The notes under the pieces were generated by a model that made no database searches, was not told where the DNA came from, and was given only the letters and a program-made list of their open reading frames with translations. From the NCBI RefSeq assembly GCF_000372725.1, contig NW_005201613.1:154290-218289 (forward strand): DNA of 64,000 nt, given 5' to 3'. Numbering within the stretch: position 1 is the first letter of the stretch; each line of letters begins with the position of its first letter. This stretch comes from Emiliania huxleyi CCMP1516 (taxonomy: Eukaryota). The position numbers and the translations under genes were made by a program. Positions 48,507 to 62,941 of the stretch are shown piece by piece.

Positions 48507-48720
48507 AGAGTTCTAAGATCTAACGGTCAAAGGCGTCAGAAGGACGCAAGCCGACCATGTGAGCTCCACGTACATAGAAGGCCGTTTATTCAAGCGCATC
48601 TTTGTCATTGTCCTGAGCGAGGCACACAGCCACACCCTAGAGAGGGTTATGTGACTTACGCTCTAGAGTATATGTCTTTGGCGCGCGAGTTCACTTTCTA
48701 TATTTGGAGTGTGTGTCGGA

Positions 48721-51700
48721 CTAGACGCGCGAGAGGCGCATCGAGTCCACAAACTCCTCGCGCACCGCGCCGCGAACCGTCATCACGGCCGCCTGCGCCT
48801 CGAGCAGCGCGCCGTACGACCTCTCCAGCGGCGGCGCGTCGCCGCCCGCCTCGGCTCGCGCGATGGCGGCCGCGACGGCGTCCGCAGCCAGCTTCTCCGT
48901 CTCCAAATAGGTGAGGAACTGCGCCTCTCCCTCCCACCGCGCAGAGAGGAGCGACTCGAATTGTTCCGCCGCCTCGCCCGCCGCCGCGACGTCCAGAGCG
49001 CCGGCCGCCACAGCGGCGTCCAGCCGCACTCGGAGCCGGAACATCCTGGTGGAGCAACGACAGAGGGAGGGTCATATAGAGCCGTGAGAGGGCCTACGTC
49101 GCAGCCGAAGTGTGTCCGCGCCTCGAGTGGAGGTTGGGAGTGCCGACGAAGAGCTGTAGGTCGAAGCGGCCAGGGCGCGTGACGGCAGCGTCGAGCGAGG
49201 CGAGCCTGGAGGTGTGAGGAGACGCTGCTCACAGCTTGAGGTTGCAAGCTTGAGGTATGAATTGCTGCGGTCGAAGGGGCGCCGGTTTGTGGCGATGAAG
49301 AAGGCGACGCGCCGCGCGCCGCGCAAGTCTGCTAGCTTGGTGAGCATCGCCGTGGTGAGCATGCGCGACTCCATTGCGAGAGCCGGGTTGGTGCGGTCCA
49401 GCGCGAACTCCTCGACCTCGTCGAAGAGGACGACGACGTCTTGCAGCTGCAGCAGCAGCTCGAAGACCTCGGAGATGCGCGCGGCGACGTTGGAGAGGCC
49501 GGCAGAGAGGAAGGTGGACGTGTCCACCTGGGAGCGACACGACATTGCGGTGTGGTCACGGGGAGGGGGGGCAAGGCAGCAGCACTGGGCGGCTCAGGTG
49601 ACGATGGGGAGGGGGCGGGGGGAGGGGAGAGTGTCTGTTGTTGGGTGGGTGCGACGCGCCGTGACGAGGCCCCACCCGAGCCGAGCCGCAATGGCGGCGA
49701 CGACGGTCGTCTTGGCGGTGCCCGGTGGGCCAAAGAGGATCGCAGAGTAGGACGCGGCGCCGGCGAGGGCGGCGAAGTCGGCGCCGCCCGACACTCCTCC
49801 TCCGACTCCTCCTCCCCCCGCCAGCCTCGGTCTGCCAAGAGGGTCGGCGGCGGCGAGGGCGAGAAGCGGCTCGACCATCTTGCCCTCGATGGTGCCCTTT
49901 AGCGTGGCGCCTGTTCGCATCGAAGCGCTGACGAGCCGAGGCCCACGCGCCAGGGGTGGCGGGGGTAGAGCGCGCCGCCGCCGCCCGCCCCTCCGGGCAG
50001 ATCCGAGTCGAGCAGCCGCGACCATGGCCTCAAGTCTCGCGCGGAGGCGGGGCGGCCGCCCAGCTCTGCGAGCACCTGCGCACGGCCAGCGAGGTGTGGA
50101 GAGACCGGCGCAGTTCACGCGTGACGTGCGGGGTGCGGAGAGGAGGCGCCCGGGCTCGGGGCGCGGGACGGGGAGAGGGGTGGCGGAGAAGGAGGGGGCG
50201 TGGGCGAGGAGGGGGAGGGGGGCGGTGGGGAGCGGGGGAGGAAGAGGGGGAGGGATCCGACTAGAGGAGGAGGCGGTGGGGGTAGGAGGGTAGGGGAGGA
50301 GGGGGGCGTGTTTGGGGAGATGGGGGATCGGGTCAGCTGCGCTCGCACGTCTGCGCACAGGAGGGTCCGCACGAGCGCGCGGCTCCTCGCCGCGCATCGC
50401 ACCGCCTGAGCGCGCGGCGTGGGCCGCGTCGTGACTTTTGTCCTGGGCGCCGCTGCGAGGAGGGGACACGGACCGACCGCCTGTGCTGTACACCAGCCGA
50501 GCGGGCCTCCCTCCGGCGGCAGGTGGGAGGAGCGCCACCTGATGAACCATCCATGGGCGGCTGCATCAGACCGCATCGGAGAGAGAGAGCGCCGTGCCGC
50601 AAGGGGAGAGGGGCAGGGAACTGCCATCGGGAGGAGAGGATGGAGGCGTGAGGCGCGTGCGACGGGGGGAGGGGTTGATGATCGCTCGCCCCATAAGGCG
50701 CCCGCCCGTCGGCAGCAGCTCCTCCACGACGTGCGACGCGAGCCACGCCTGTCCACAGCGAGCGGCGTGAACGGCGCCTGCTCGCAGCTCCGCCACCGCG
50801 TGGGGCGAGGGCCTCACCGTGTGCGAGGCGACGGCGCCGAGATGCGGCCGCATCGCCTGGCGATGTGGGGCAAGCAACGCGGTCTCTTGGCTAATCTCGC
50901 CATCACAGCCGCCAGCTCCTCCAACCGTTCCATCAGGTGTCATTCAGATATCGATGAGGGCGAGCAGCGCGACACGATTGCAAATGAGCGCAGAAGTCCA
51001 GGCAGAGCCGAGAGAGAGCGAGGTCTGCCGAGATCTGGCCGAGGGCTTGCCGAGATCTGACGTGCACGTAGCTGCGGGGAGATGTCAGGAGATGTGGGGA
51101 GATGTGGGGAGATATGGGGAGATATGGGGAGATATGGGGAGATCTGGCCGAGAAGTGCGAGCCTCGGGCGGCAACGTCTCGATGAGCGAGGCGAGGAGGT
51201 CTGGCGAGAAGACAAAGGCGTTGCCGACGTCGTTGCCGCGCCCGCGCGTGGTGAAGATGGGCTGCCCCGACGGCCACAGGCCGTTGCCGCCCAGCTCGCC
51301 AAACACCGCCGCCAGCGCCTACAGCCACCCGGGTCGACCTCTCGTGATCTCGGATGATCCCATCTCGGCTGCACGGTGGCGGCTCTCGTCGGCTGCCCAT
51401 CTCGGCCATCTCGGCTGAACCTCGGCTCCGTGAGCTCAGCCCCTCTCGGCGGAACCTCGGCTCCACCTCGGCTCCAACTCTCGGCTAGATCTCGGCTGGG
51501 TCTCGGCTAGATCTCGCCGCGCGAGGAGCAGCTCCCCTGCTGTATCTCGGCTGTATCTCGGCTGTATCTCGGCTCGATCTCGCCGCGCGGATCAGCTTCT
51601 CGTTGCGCGGCGGCAGCGCAAATCCGCCGAAGCGGCCGTCGCGCTCTCGCGACTCTGCGGGGGTTCTGCGGGGGTTATGCGGGGGTCGGCGGCGGGAGTC

Positions 51701-54415
51701 TGGCCGAAACGCACCTCCAGCCGAGGTGAGCCGAGGCGTGGCCGAGATGCTGCTGAGACCAGTCGAGACGATCTCTAGCTGACGCCTCGCTGAGGAGAGC
51801 CTGGCCGCGGGCGCCTGTGGGGTCGGCGGCGGCGGCGGCGAGGCGCGACGGCGAGACGTACGAGCGGAGCGCGTCGCTGACGTGCACGTAGCTGCGGGGA
51901 GATGTCGGGAGATGTCGGGAGATGTCGGGAGATATGGGGAGATATGGGGCGATATGGGGAGATATGAGGAGATATGGGGAGATGTGGGGAGATGTGGGGA
52001 GATGTGGGGAGATATACGGGAGATATGCCACGCACCTGAGCAAGGAGTACGCGAGGACGACGACGTCAAAGAGTGAGGTGTCTCCCGCAGCGTGGTAGGC
52101 GAGCTGGCGGCAGACGTCGTCGAAAGCGACCTCGCAGGAGCGCTCCAGCGCCACCAGCACCGCCGCCGCGCAGCCCTCTCCCTCGCCACCGCCCTCGCCG
52201 CCGCCGGTGGCCTTGGCGGCGGGGAGAGCCGCGGCGGGGATCGAGGGGTGGAGGGAGGGCTGGCACGGCGCCTCTGCGCCCGGGCGGCACTCCTCGACAT
52301 TGACCGCCTAGTCTCGGGGGGCAATCTCGTGTGATCTCGGGTGGTCTCTGCCCCCCCCCCCCCCGGCGGCGGCACATCTTAGCCAACCCAACCCCTTCAC
52401 ACCGGGGCTCTCTTCACACCGCGGCTCTCTTCACTCACAGCAGACTGTGAGAGACCCGTGAAGGATTCAGACTGTGAGACCCGTGAGGGTTCGCGGGGCC
52501 GACTGCAGTGTACAGCGGGGAGGAGTGAAGGATTCAGACTGTGAGACCCGTGAGGGTTCGCGGGGCCGACTGCAGTGTACAGCGGGGAGGAGTGAAGGAT
52601 TCAGACTGTGAGACCCGTGAGGGTTCGCGGGGCCGACTGCAGTGTACAGCGGGGAGGAGTGAAGGATTCAGACTGCGAGACCCGTGAGGGTTCGCGGGGC
52701 CGACTGCAGTGTACAGCGGGGAGGAGTGAAGGATTCAGACTGTGAGACCCGTGAGGGTTCGCGGGGCCGACTGCAGTGTACAGCGGGGAGGAGTGAAGGA
52801 TTCAGACTGTGAGACCCGTGAGGGCTCGCGGGGCCGACTGCAGTGTACAGCGGGGAGGAGTGAAGGATTCAGACTGCGAGACCCGTGAGGGTTCGCGGGG
52901 CCGACTGCAGTGTACAGCGGGGAGGAGTGAAGGATTCAGACTGCGAGACCCGTGAGGGTTCGCGGGCCGACTGCAGTGTACAGCGGGGAGGAGTGAAGGA
53001 TTCAGACTGTGAGACCCGTGAGGGTTCGCGGGGCCGACTGCAGTGTACAGCGGGGAGGAGTGAAGGATTCAGACTGTGAGACCCGTGAGGGTTCGCGGGG
53101 CCGACTGCAGTGTACAGCGGGGGGGAGTGAAGGATTCAGACTGTGAGGCCCGTGAGGGTTCGCGGGGCCGACTGCAGTGTACAGCGGGGAGGAGTGAAGG
53201 ATTCAGACTGCGAGACCCGTGAGGGTTCGCGGGGCCGACTGCAGTGTACAGCGGGGAGGAGTGCATCGTAGGCGCTGACCGCGTCCGGGTTGAGGAGGAG
53301 CGTGCTCGCGCGCGCCTGCGACATGGCCGAGAGACGCCGAGGTTACTGTTGCGAAAGCAGAGCAGACGTCGCGTAGACGCGGCGTATAGCGGAGACACGG
53401 CGGAGACCGCAATCCGTGGGCAGTCCCGGGCAGAGTGAGATGTGGCGCCAAATGTCTATGTACGCCGTGTTTCGGCCCGCTCGGCCAGATCTCGGCTGCA
53501 TCTCGCCGTCCAGTAGCGCATGTATGCAGACTCGCGCTGGTTCCGCCCAGCGCGGCGGCGAGGCCTAAGTGGGGGGCAGCGAGGGAGCTGCATAGGCGGG
53601 CGGGCGGGCGGGCAGGAGGGCGGTGGTGGCGGTGGCGGCGGCGGTTGGTAGCGGTGGCGGCGGTGACAGCGGTGTCGGCGGTGTCGGCGGTGGCGGCGGC
53701 GGTGTCGGCGGCGGTGTCGGCGGCGGTGGCGGCGGTGGCGGCGGTGGCGGCGGTGGCGGCGGTGGCGGCGGTGGCGGCGGTGGCGGCGGTGGCGGCGGCG
53801 GTGGTGGCGGTGGCGGTGGTGGTGGCTCTCCTGGCGGCGAGAATCGTCTCGACGGCGAGCGCGAACTTGGCCTGCGAGGCGGGCGAGGAGGCGAGCGCGG
53901 CGGCCGCAGGGTCGAGCAGCCGCTCACTCACCTTCAGAGGAGGCGCCGTGTTGAAGTGTGCGAAGCTGTGTCTTGAACCGCTAGCCGCTGGCTCGCCACG
54001 ACGAGAGCCGCCTGGAAGGGGTCGTTCACGCGCCATTCGGCGGCGAGAAGCGCGGACAGCACCTAACAACAGCCTCCGTCATGGATGGTGCGTAGCAGCA
54101 ATCTGGCTTGTGGGTGAGCAGTTTTGCTATGACCGTGACTGGAGCCGGCCCATCCGTCCAAGCCCAGGGGTCGGCGTCGAGCGCGAGCAGCGCAAAGGCG
54201 GAGGTGGTCACCGAGAGGCGCGGCGCGCCGGGCGTGATGGCGAACGAGTCTGTCCGCTGGTCGAAGAATCCCGACATGTGATCAGCGCCGGCTGCGCAAA
54301 GCTTGCTGAGCTGCCCGTCAAGGGCTCTGCTCTCGCCAAAGGAGAGCGCGAGGCGCGCACCGCCGTGACGACACTGCGGACGCTGAGCGGCGAGCAATGC
54401 CGTGAGTACGCGCAT
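48721..54415 (-). CDS. Multi-exon AAA+ ATPase with long helical N-terminal region
   Basis: ILFGPPGTAKT, VLFDEVEE, FIATNR, LDAAVTRPGRFD; upstream exons (CRQLAY..DVVVLAYSLL, GLWPSGQPIF) lie on the same strand up to ATG 54415. Joining all exons into one gene is inferred. Confidence 0.7.
52458..53260. repeat. 67-bp minisatellite, 12 near-identical copies
   Basis: Unit GTGAAGGATTCAGACTG[TC]GAGACCCGTGAGGGTTCGCGGGGCCGACTGCAGTGTACAGCGGGGAGGA starts at 52458, 52525, 52592 ... 53194; one copy is 66 bp. Confidence 0.97.
53620..53823. repeat. (GGCGGTGGC)n low-complexity repeat
   Basis: Tandem GGC/GGT triplets, probably intronic. Confidence 0.9.
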
Positions 54416-54564
54416 GTATTTCGCTCTCGGGGTCCGCGAGTGTCGGCAGGGATGTCACGCCGAGCTCGCGCCGAGATCCAGGAGCGTCGCTCGGAAGCCT
54501 GTGAGGCCGCAGCGAGTTCGCGCGGGGAGGCCTTGCTTGAGCACTTAGGCCTCGCCCCCCTCCC

Positions 54565-54808
54565 CTTCAGGCGTCGTGGCATCCTGTGTATGGGCTATGG
54601 CCGTCCATCGCCAACTCGGCAACTCGCTCGCTGGTCTCTCTCTCTCCGCAAAGGAAGGCCTCCCGACCGACCGCGTCGAATTCATCGACGCGTGCTCTCT
54701 CGGCTACCGAGATCGGCCCCAGCTTCGGCTGAGGGCTGACAAGCTGCCGAGCCCAAATCACTGTGGTCTGTGCGGGTGTGATTTATTGTTGGGTTTCAAA
54801 AATCTCTC
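54565..54808 (+). mobile_element. Family E retroelement 3' end
   Basis: 54647-54808 aligns with the reverse complement of 19352-19487 (GACCGCGTCGAA.TCATCG.CGCG.GCTCTCTCGGCTAC...GGCCCCAGCTTCGGCTGAGGGCTGACAAGCTGCCGAGCCCAAATCACTGTG). Confidence 0.75.
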
Positions 54809-54971
54809 TCAGTCAGACACGTCCGGTACTCCGGTTGCAAGGGCCGCACCCGCCCGACCGATTTGCAAGGAAGGGCGCACGGATTCTCTCTTCTTTCATG
54901 CTACTCTAGTAGGTGTGGAATCCTACCTGTGTGTAACCAACGTCAACAAAAATCTCTCTCTCCCAACATCT

Positions 54972-55835
54972 GGAGCGGCCGCACTCTGCTCGCTACCCCC
55001 CCTGCACAACTAAGCTCATGGCCGACCCCCCCCCCAGCAGGAGCGCTCTGCTGCTGGGGGGGTCGGGACCCCCCCCCCAGCAGGAGCGCTCTGCTGCTGG
55101 GGGGGTCGGGACCCCCCCCCAGCAGGAGCGCTCTGCCTGTGGGGGGTGCTGGCATCTCTGTACGATTGTGATGAGCATTTTTCGGCGGCTTGCGCCGCCC
55201 AGTCGTCGGCGAGGTGCTGGATATTAAACGGCTTGAGGGCGAGCCGCATGGCTTGCACCACGTCGCTGCCCGCCATTGCGGCGACGCGTCGCGGCGGACC
55301 TGACAGTTTTGCTGGGCGACGGGCGCGCGCGCGTTTTCGAAAAAAGAAAAGGCAGACGGCTCAGCTTGATGACAGATTAGTCGATCGATTTGCGACGAGC
55401 GAGCGATAAGGGGATCGAGCGGGGGACCGATAGGCTAGGGAGATCAACGCTGATCGATCAACGTCAGCCGAGACGCCCGAGTGAGTCTATCTTGTTCTAC
55501 CACATGGATGAACAGCTCTCTCACACAATGGTCACAAGTCTTTAGTAAAACGCCAGCACTCGACACGACGAAGGTGTATTGGGCTCGAAGGCGCGGCGAA
55601 CACAACCGCCTCGAGCGTACGAGTACCGCTTAAACACGAACCGAGGGCGGAGAGGGGGGGGCGGCGGCGAGGAGGCGGGAGAGCTGGGTCCAGTGCGCTC
55701 TGCTGCTGGGGGGGTCGGGACCCCCCCCCAGCAGGAGCGCTCTGCTGCTGGGGGGGGTCAGAACCCCCCCCCCCCCTAGCAGCAGGGATGAGCTTAGTTG
55801 TGCAGGGGGGGTAGCGAGCAGAGTGCGACCGCTCC
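54972..55835. mobile_element. MITE-like element with 48-bp TIRs and subterminal hairpin repeats
   Basis: 54972-55019 vs 55788-55835 inverted with 1 mismatch; repeated Cn-AGCAGGAGCGCTCTGCTGCT-Gn units inside both ends; no clear TSD. Confidence 0.75.
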
Positions 55836-56065
55836 GGGGGTCTTGCCTGTCTTTCTGTTTTTGAGGAGAGGGGAGATCTCTCTCTCTGTCTGTTTTTGTG
55901 TATAAATAAATAATAAATAGAGCAGCAGCAGGCATCTCCAGGAGATAGATGTTTTTAACAAAATAAATAAAACCCTAGCTAGGGCTGGGTCGAGGACAGA
56001 CACGTCCCCACCTTTGCAGAGCCGCCCGAATTCTTCCCTGCCAGCGCATTTGGGAGGACACAGAC

Positions 56066-57076
56066 ATGCAGACCTCGAAATTGCGAACGATCCTGCAGCA
56101 GCGACGGGAAGTGATACAGCGTGCTGAGGAGCGCAAAGCAGCGGTGGTAGTCGTATCTTTTGTGTGGGCGCTGACGGCGATGACGTTCTTGGCAGGGTTG
56201 TGGCCGCCGCCGCGTCGAACGGGGCAGTCGCCGACTCTGCATGCACTGCCTCCGCCGGCGATAGGACCGCCACCTCTTCCGTCGCCAATCGCGCCGCCCT
56301 CGTCGCCGCCGTCGACGCTGCCGACACCTCCGCCGTCGCCGCTGCCGCCACCTCCGCCGTCGCCGCTGCCGCTGCCGCCACCTCCGCCGCTGCCGCTGCC
56401 GCCACCTCCGCCGCTGCCGCTGCCGCTGCCGCCACCTCCGCCGCTGCCGCTGCCGCCACCTCCGCCCTCGCCGACGCCACTACAATCGCGATGGGACTCG
56501 CTTCTCAGATACGCACACAGCCTCGGCAAAATGCAAGGATGGCGCCGGGACTCGAGCGAGAAGAGGCCCACCGTCCTCGGTGTCTCCTGCTCAGACCGCG
56601 AGATCTACCTCGGCCTCGCCGCCTCCGCGGCGGTGGCGATGTACGTCACTTGCAACCATGCAGACTTCCGCCCTGCCGTGGCGAGCGTTAGTCTGCTCCT
56701 GGCATTTGCCGTGGTTGCAGGCTTAGTCATGGGCCTGCCGATCACGTCAGGGACGCTGGCCCGCATCCTCGAGCTCTGCGTCGTGACAAGCGGCTGCATA
56801 CTGCTCGCCATCCGCATCTTTTCACAGCTTCGCCGCTTGATGCTCCCGAATGAGCCTGCCGGACTACCCCAATATATGTCACCGAGGACGCGGCCTGCTT
56901 CGCCGAGGGCGGCAGCGGCTCGGGCGCCCGCCGACTCGGCCTCGTTGAAAGCGCTCATGACCGACCTGCTCCGAGAGCCGACTCTGCGCTTGTCGGCGCT
57001 GGGCGAGTCTCGCGATACGGATTCCCCAAGAGCGCCGGCATGGGCGTCGGGCTCCGCATCACGGTCTCCGCGATAG
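56066..57076 (+). CDS. Hypothetical proline-rich membrane protein
   Basis: Open 336-aa frame with an N-terminal TM helix, (PLPPPP)n tract and about 3 further hydrophobic helices. Confidence 0.5.
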   Translation: MQTSKLRTILQQRREVIQRAEERKAAVVVVSFVWALTAMTFLAGLWPPPRRTGQSPTLHALPPPAIGPPPLPSPIAPPSSPPSTLPTPPPSPLPPPPPSPLPLPPPPPLPLPPPPPLPLPLPPPPPLPLPPPPPSPTPLQSRWDSLLRYAHSLGKMQGWRRDSSEKRPTVLGVSCSDREIYLGLAASAAVAMYVTCNHADFRPAVASVSLLLAFAVVAGLVMGLPITSGTLARILELCVVTSGCILLAIRIFSQLRRLMLPNEPAGLPQYMSPRTRPASPRAAAARAPADSASLKALMTDLLREPTLRLSALGESRDTDSPRAPAWASGSASRSPR

Positions 57077-57597
57077 GCGAGTCACAGGCTGTTGCTACCC
57101 TAGACGCGCCGTTGGATTGCGCTGCATGGAGCATATGCACTCTGACTCACTCTGGCTTCAGGCTAGGCTTGGTGGCCTGGAGCTCATGTTCATGTAACAT
57201 GTGTGATGACCCCCCCCCCCCCCCCCCCGCCCGCCCGCCCCTCCCCTGAGCCTGTGTGTGCGCTGCTTACCTTCGTGTGTCTACCATGTGCCTTGTGTGT
57301 ACCCCCCCCATCCTGCATCCATGTTCCCGTGTGTGTGCGTCACGGATTTCTTTTGGACCGGATGCCAAGGACTGCCCGACTGGCTTATACACATTGGAGT
57401 GGGTCCGTTTGTGATTGTGTGTAAAGAGAAAGGCCGCTGCGAGCTGTATATTGAGCGTGTATGAGACTTGAGTCGTGAGAGAGCAACTCCGTAGACCGTA
57501 CCTGATCACAAAACTCACATGAACTCGTAAAAAGAGCCCTATATGCAACCCATAGTCATAGTTTTCACTTTTGCGCTCTCAGATCATTTGACGAGAG

Positions 57598-58420
57598 TCA
57601 GGGGTCTCTGCAAGCAATACGCCCGGTGCTGATCAGCCAGCCCACGACGATGCCGATCGGGTTGATGACCACGACGGAAAGGAGGCTCAGGAGGCTGCTC
57701 GCGCTCTGGCGCAGGCTCAAGGGCACGCCCTCGGCGTCCCCGAGGTACCTGTACGCCATGGTGGTCACGTAGCCCTCGAGACCGCCGCATACTGTGATTG
57801 AGAGCATGTAGAGCAGCTGCCCTTGCCACGTCACCCAAAACGAGCGCGGTGTTCCAAACACGGCGCCACAGATGAAGGCGAGGCTGACGAGCTGCAAGAA
57901 GGTCAGAGCGTAGAAGGTCCGACGCGCGCACGGCGCCAGGGAGGAAATGAGCGAGCCAAGGGGCACCAGGACCCAAGCAGATGTGAGAGCCGTGCGGTTG
58001 ACAAAGGCCCCCTGTGGGCCGTCACAGCCGCCGGGGTCGGTCATGCTGGCCCCAATCATCATCACGTTGACGGCAACGTCCCACTGGACCACCTGCACGA
58101 GCGTGCCCCCCATGACAGGGCCGAGGAGAGAGCGCGGGCACGCAAAGCCTCTCAGAGTCCAGCTGCTTGCTGGCTGGCGCTCCTCCTCCTCCTCTTCGCT
58201 CTGCTCCTTCTTTCCGTCCAGTCCCGAGCTCTGAACGTCGCCGCGCAGGCCCGCTCCTGTGCGAAGTATCCAGAGCCACGCACCACACGCTATCAGGGAG
58301 AGCATGGCGTAGGTGGCAAAGAGGAGGCGAGACGGGAAGCGATTCCTGCTCCCAGTCGGGTTCTGAAACTCTGCTGCTAGCGTGGTGATCAGCGACGAGA
58401 GGGGTCGGTATACGGTGTAT
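57598..58420 (-). CDS. Multi-pass transporter C-terminal portion (SLC52/ENT-like); 5' end unclear or broken
   Basis: About 6 TM helices with an acidic loop, GGLEGYVTTM segment; frame breaks upstream of 58305. Confidence 0.45.
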
Positions 58421-59265
58421 CAATGAAGTGATGCACTTGATGCAAGGGTGCCATTGTGCTCTACTACAAAAGTTGTGTAAGATGCCCAAGTCTCAGACAC
58501 TCAATCCTTAGCGGAGCTGAGTTCTGACGGTGTGAACACGAGCAACCGAAGTGACAACCGGGACCGGGCCGCACGCCGGGAGTGCCCCGACAGCCCGACT
58601 AGCAGTGACGGGCGCGGATGAGTGAATGAGAGGTCGCTATCAGTGGGAGATGTGTTGTTAGAGACTAGGACTGCCTATCTCTCGCTGAAAGGAACCTCTC
58701 ATTCGCTCGTCCGCACCCGTCACCGCTCACGGAGTGCTCCGCGTGCCGCACCGGCCGCCGCCGGCCGCGGCCGCTTACGCGGTAACGGAACAGTGTTACT
58801 ACTCCGCAACGTTGAGCTGGATCAAACTGAATAGTGCTCCTGAAAGCCCTCTCTCTGGGCTCTGCCACACAGAAGCAGCTCACGACTAGCAGCTGGTGTG
58901 GCTGTATTTGTAGCCATTTTTAGGCTTCAACTGGTCCCAAAATAGTAGCAACACCTCATGAAAATCAGTCAAAAAAGCCCCCAAAAATCGGCGCCTGCGG
59001 CGGGCTACCTGGGGCTGCAGCCCCAGACCCCCTTGACTGGGGGGACCCCCCCCAAGAGCACCCCCGTCGCCCCCGGGGGCCCGTCGAGACCCCAGGCTCC
59101 TGGCGAAGGGGTGCTCAGCGCTGTTGGAGCGGTGCACGGGTTTTTCTTTTTTCGCACAACTCAACCCTCTTCCGAGTATTTCATCCCCTTATCATAATTT
59201 TTACGAGGTCTTTGAGCTCGTGTCTGGTCATCGTACGTTTCGAAAAAAATTCGCGCGAGACCGAG

Positions 59266-61349
<2,084 letters not shown>

Positions 61350-61474
61350 CGACCAGGCCTTCCTCCGAAGAGATTCGTGGAGAGAGTGAACTGGATGACT
61401 CTGCAGGTCGTCCTGCAGCGGCGGCGCAAACATCGGGAAAAAGAACACCCTGTACATCCGGGCAAAAGGTTGGT

Positions 61475-61518
61475 CCCTCCCTCCCTTGGGGTTTTATATG
61501 TTTTCTGTCTTTCTTTTT
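61475..61518 (+). repeat. Diverged repeat family B end
   Basis: CCCTCCCTTGGG....TGTTTTCTGTCTTTCTTTT resembles 33005-33038. Confidence 0.5.
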
Positions 61519-61535
61519 ACGAGGATTGGCCTTCC

Positions 61536-62830
61536 TTACGCGTGCCGCTCCGCGGCCGCGGCGAGGCGCGGCGAGCGGCGCGGCTCCTTGCGCGCCTCGG
61601 CGTCGGCCGCGCCGCCGCCGGCGTCGGGCGCGCTGCTACCGCTGCCGGCGGCCGCCGGCGCAGGCGACAGCGGCGGCTCGCGCGCGCGCTTGCCGAGCAG
61701 CTGCTTGAGCTTCGCCTTCGCCTCCGCCTCGCTCATCGCGTCGACGGCGTCGACCTCCGCGTCGCGCGCCGCGGCGGCGAGCGCCGTCGAGGCCGCCTCC
61801 TTCAGCTCCTGCGCGCGGGGAAAGGAAAGGGAAGGAGGCACGCAGCAGTGAGGGAGGAGCGGCTGGGTGCTGCCACACTGTCTGTATGAGTACATACGGA
61901 GCTCGTGCGGAGCGTCGTACCTGGACGGAGGTGGCGCCGGTGAGCTCGAGGGTGTGGATGGCGTTGCCGTCGAGCGTGCGCAGCGTCACGCGCTGCCGCA
62001 GCGCGGCGAGTGCGGCGAAGTCGAGCTGCCCCGACGTTTCGTGGAACATGCCGCCGCGGAGCCGGAGCACCAGCTGGAGCGTCGACTCCTTCTGGACGTT
62101 GTAGTCGACGAGCGTGCCGTCGTCCTCCAGCTGCATGCCGGCGAATGAGATGCGCTGCTGATCCGGCGGGATGCCCTCCTTGCCCTGGATCTGCTCCTTG
62201 ACCTCCGCGATGGTGTGGTTCGGGTGCAGCGCCAGCACGAGAATCTTGCCGGTCAGCGTCCTGCAGAAGATCTGCATGCGATGCGGGTCGTGCCGTGGGT
62301 CGTTGGCCGCCGCGTCCGCCAACAACAGCACTCGCGGGAGCACCAGGTGCAGCGTCGACTCCCTCTGGATGTTGTAGTCGGAGAGGGTGCGGCCGTCCTC
62401 CAGCCGCCTGCCGGCGAAGATGAGGCGCTGCTGGTCGGGCGGGATGCCCTCCTTGTCCTGGAGCGTCGCCTTGACGGCCTCAATCGAGTCGGAGGGCTCC
62501 ACCTCCAGCGTGACCGTCTTGCCCGGCAGGAACTTGACGAAGAGCTGGATGCGCATGCCGCCAGGTCCGCGCTCAGAACCGGGGCGGCCAGACGCCTTCG
62601 GCAGCTGCTGCGGTGGTGCGAGCCGCGCTGCCTGATCCGGGACACGCCACGCCTGCTCCGGGACACGCAGGTCGAGCAGCTCGATGCATCGGCCGACCCG
62701 GTTCAGCAGCTCGTCCAGCTCGCTCAGCCGCCTCACGCTGCTGCCCGCGTCGTCGACGCGCACGCTCGTGGAGCGGCCGAAGTACTTCACGAGCAGCGCC
62801 TGCTTCTCGACTGGCACGCCGTAACAGGAT
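61536..62830 (-). CDS. Protein with multiple divergent ubiquitin-like domains (intron about 61810-61921; start unresolved)
   Basis: Two clear Ub domains ([23 protein letters not shown]; ..[13 protein letters not shown]) followed by MFHETSG and a degenerate third Ub-like segment. Confidence 0.8.
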
Positions 62831-62941
62831 ATCTTCTGGTTTAAGAAATATTCAGGTGTTTTAGAAATTCGTTGCTCGGCGGCAAAACTGTGCCAAAAAC
62901 CGGCGGCCGGTGTGCTAGTCGCAGCGCGGCGGCTACCGGCC

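Noticed and set aside
52458..53260. CRISPR array
   Set aside because: Units are contiguous and near-identical with no unique spacers, and there are no cas genes; it is a minisatellite.
58480..59260. Mobile element truncating the PIP gene
   Set aside because: Looks repeat-like and AT-richer, but no TIR, TSD or second copy is visible in this window.
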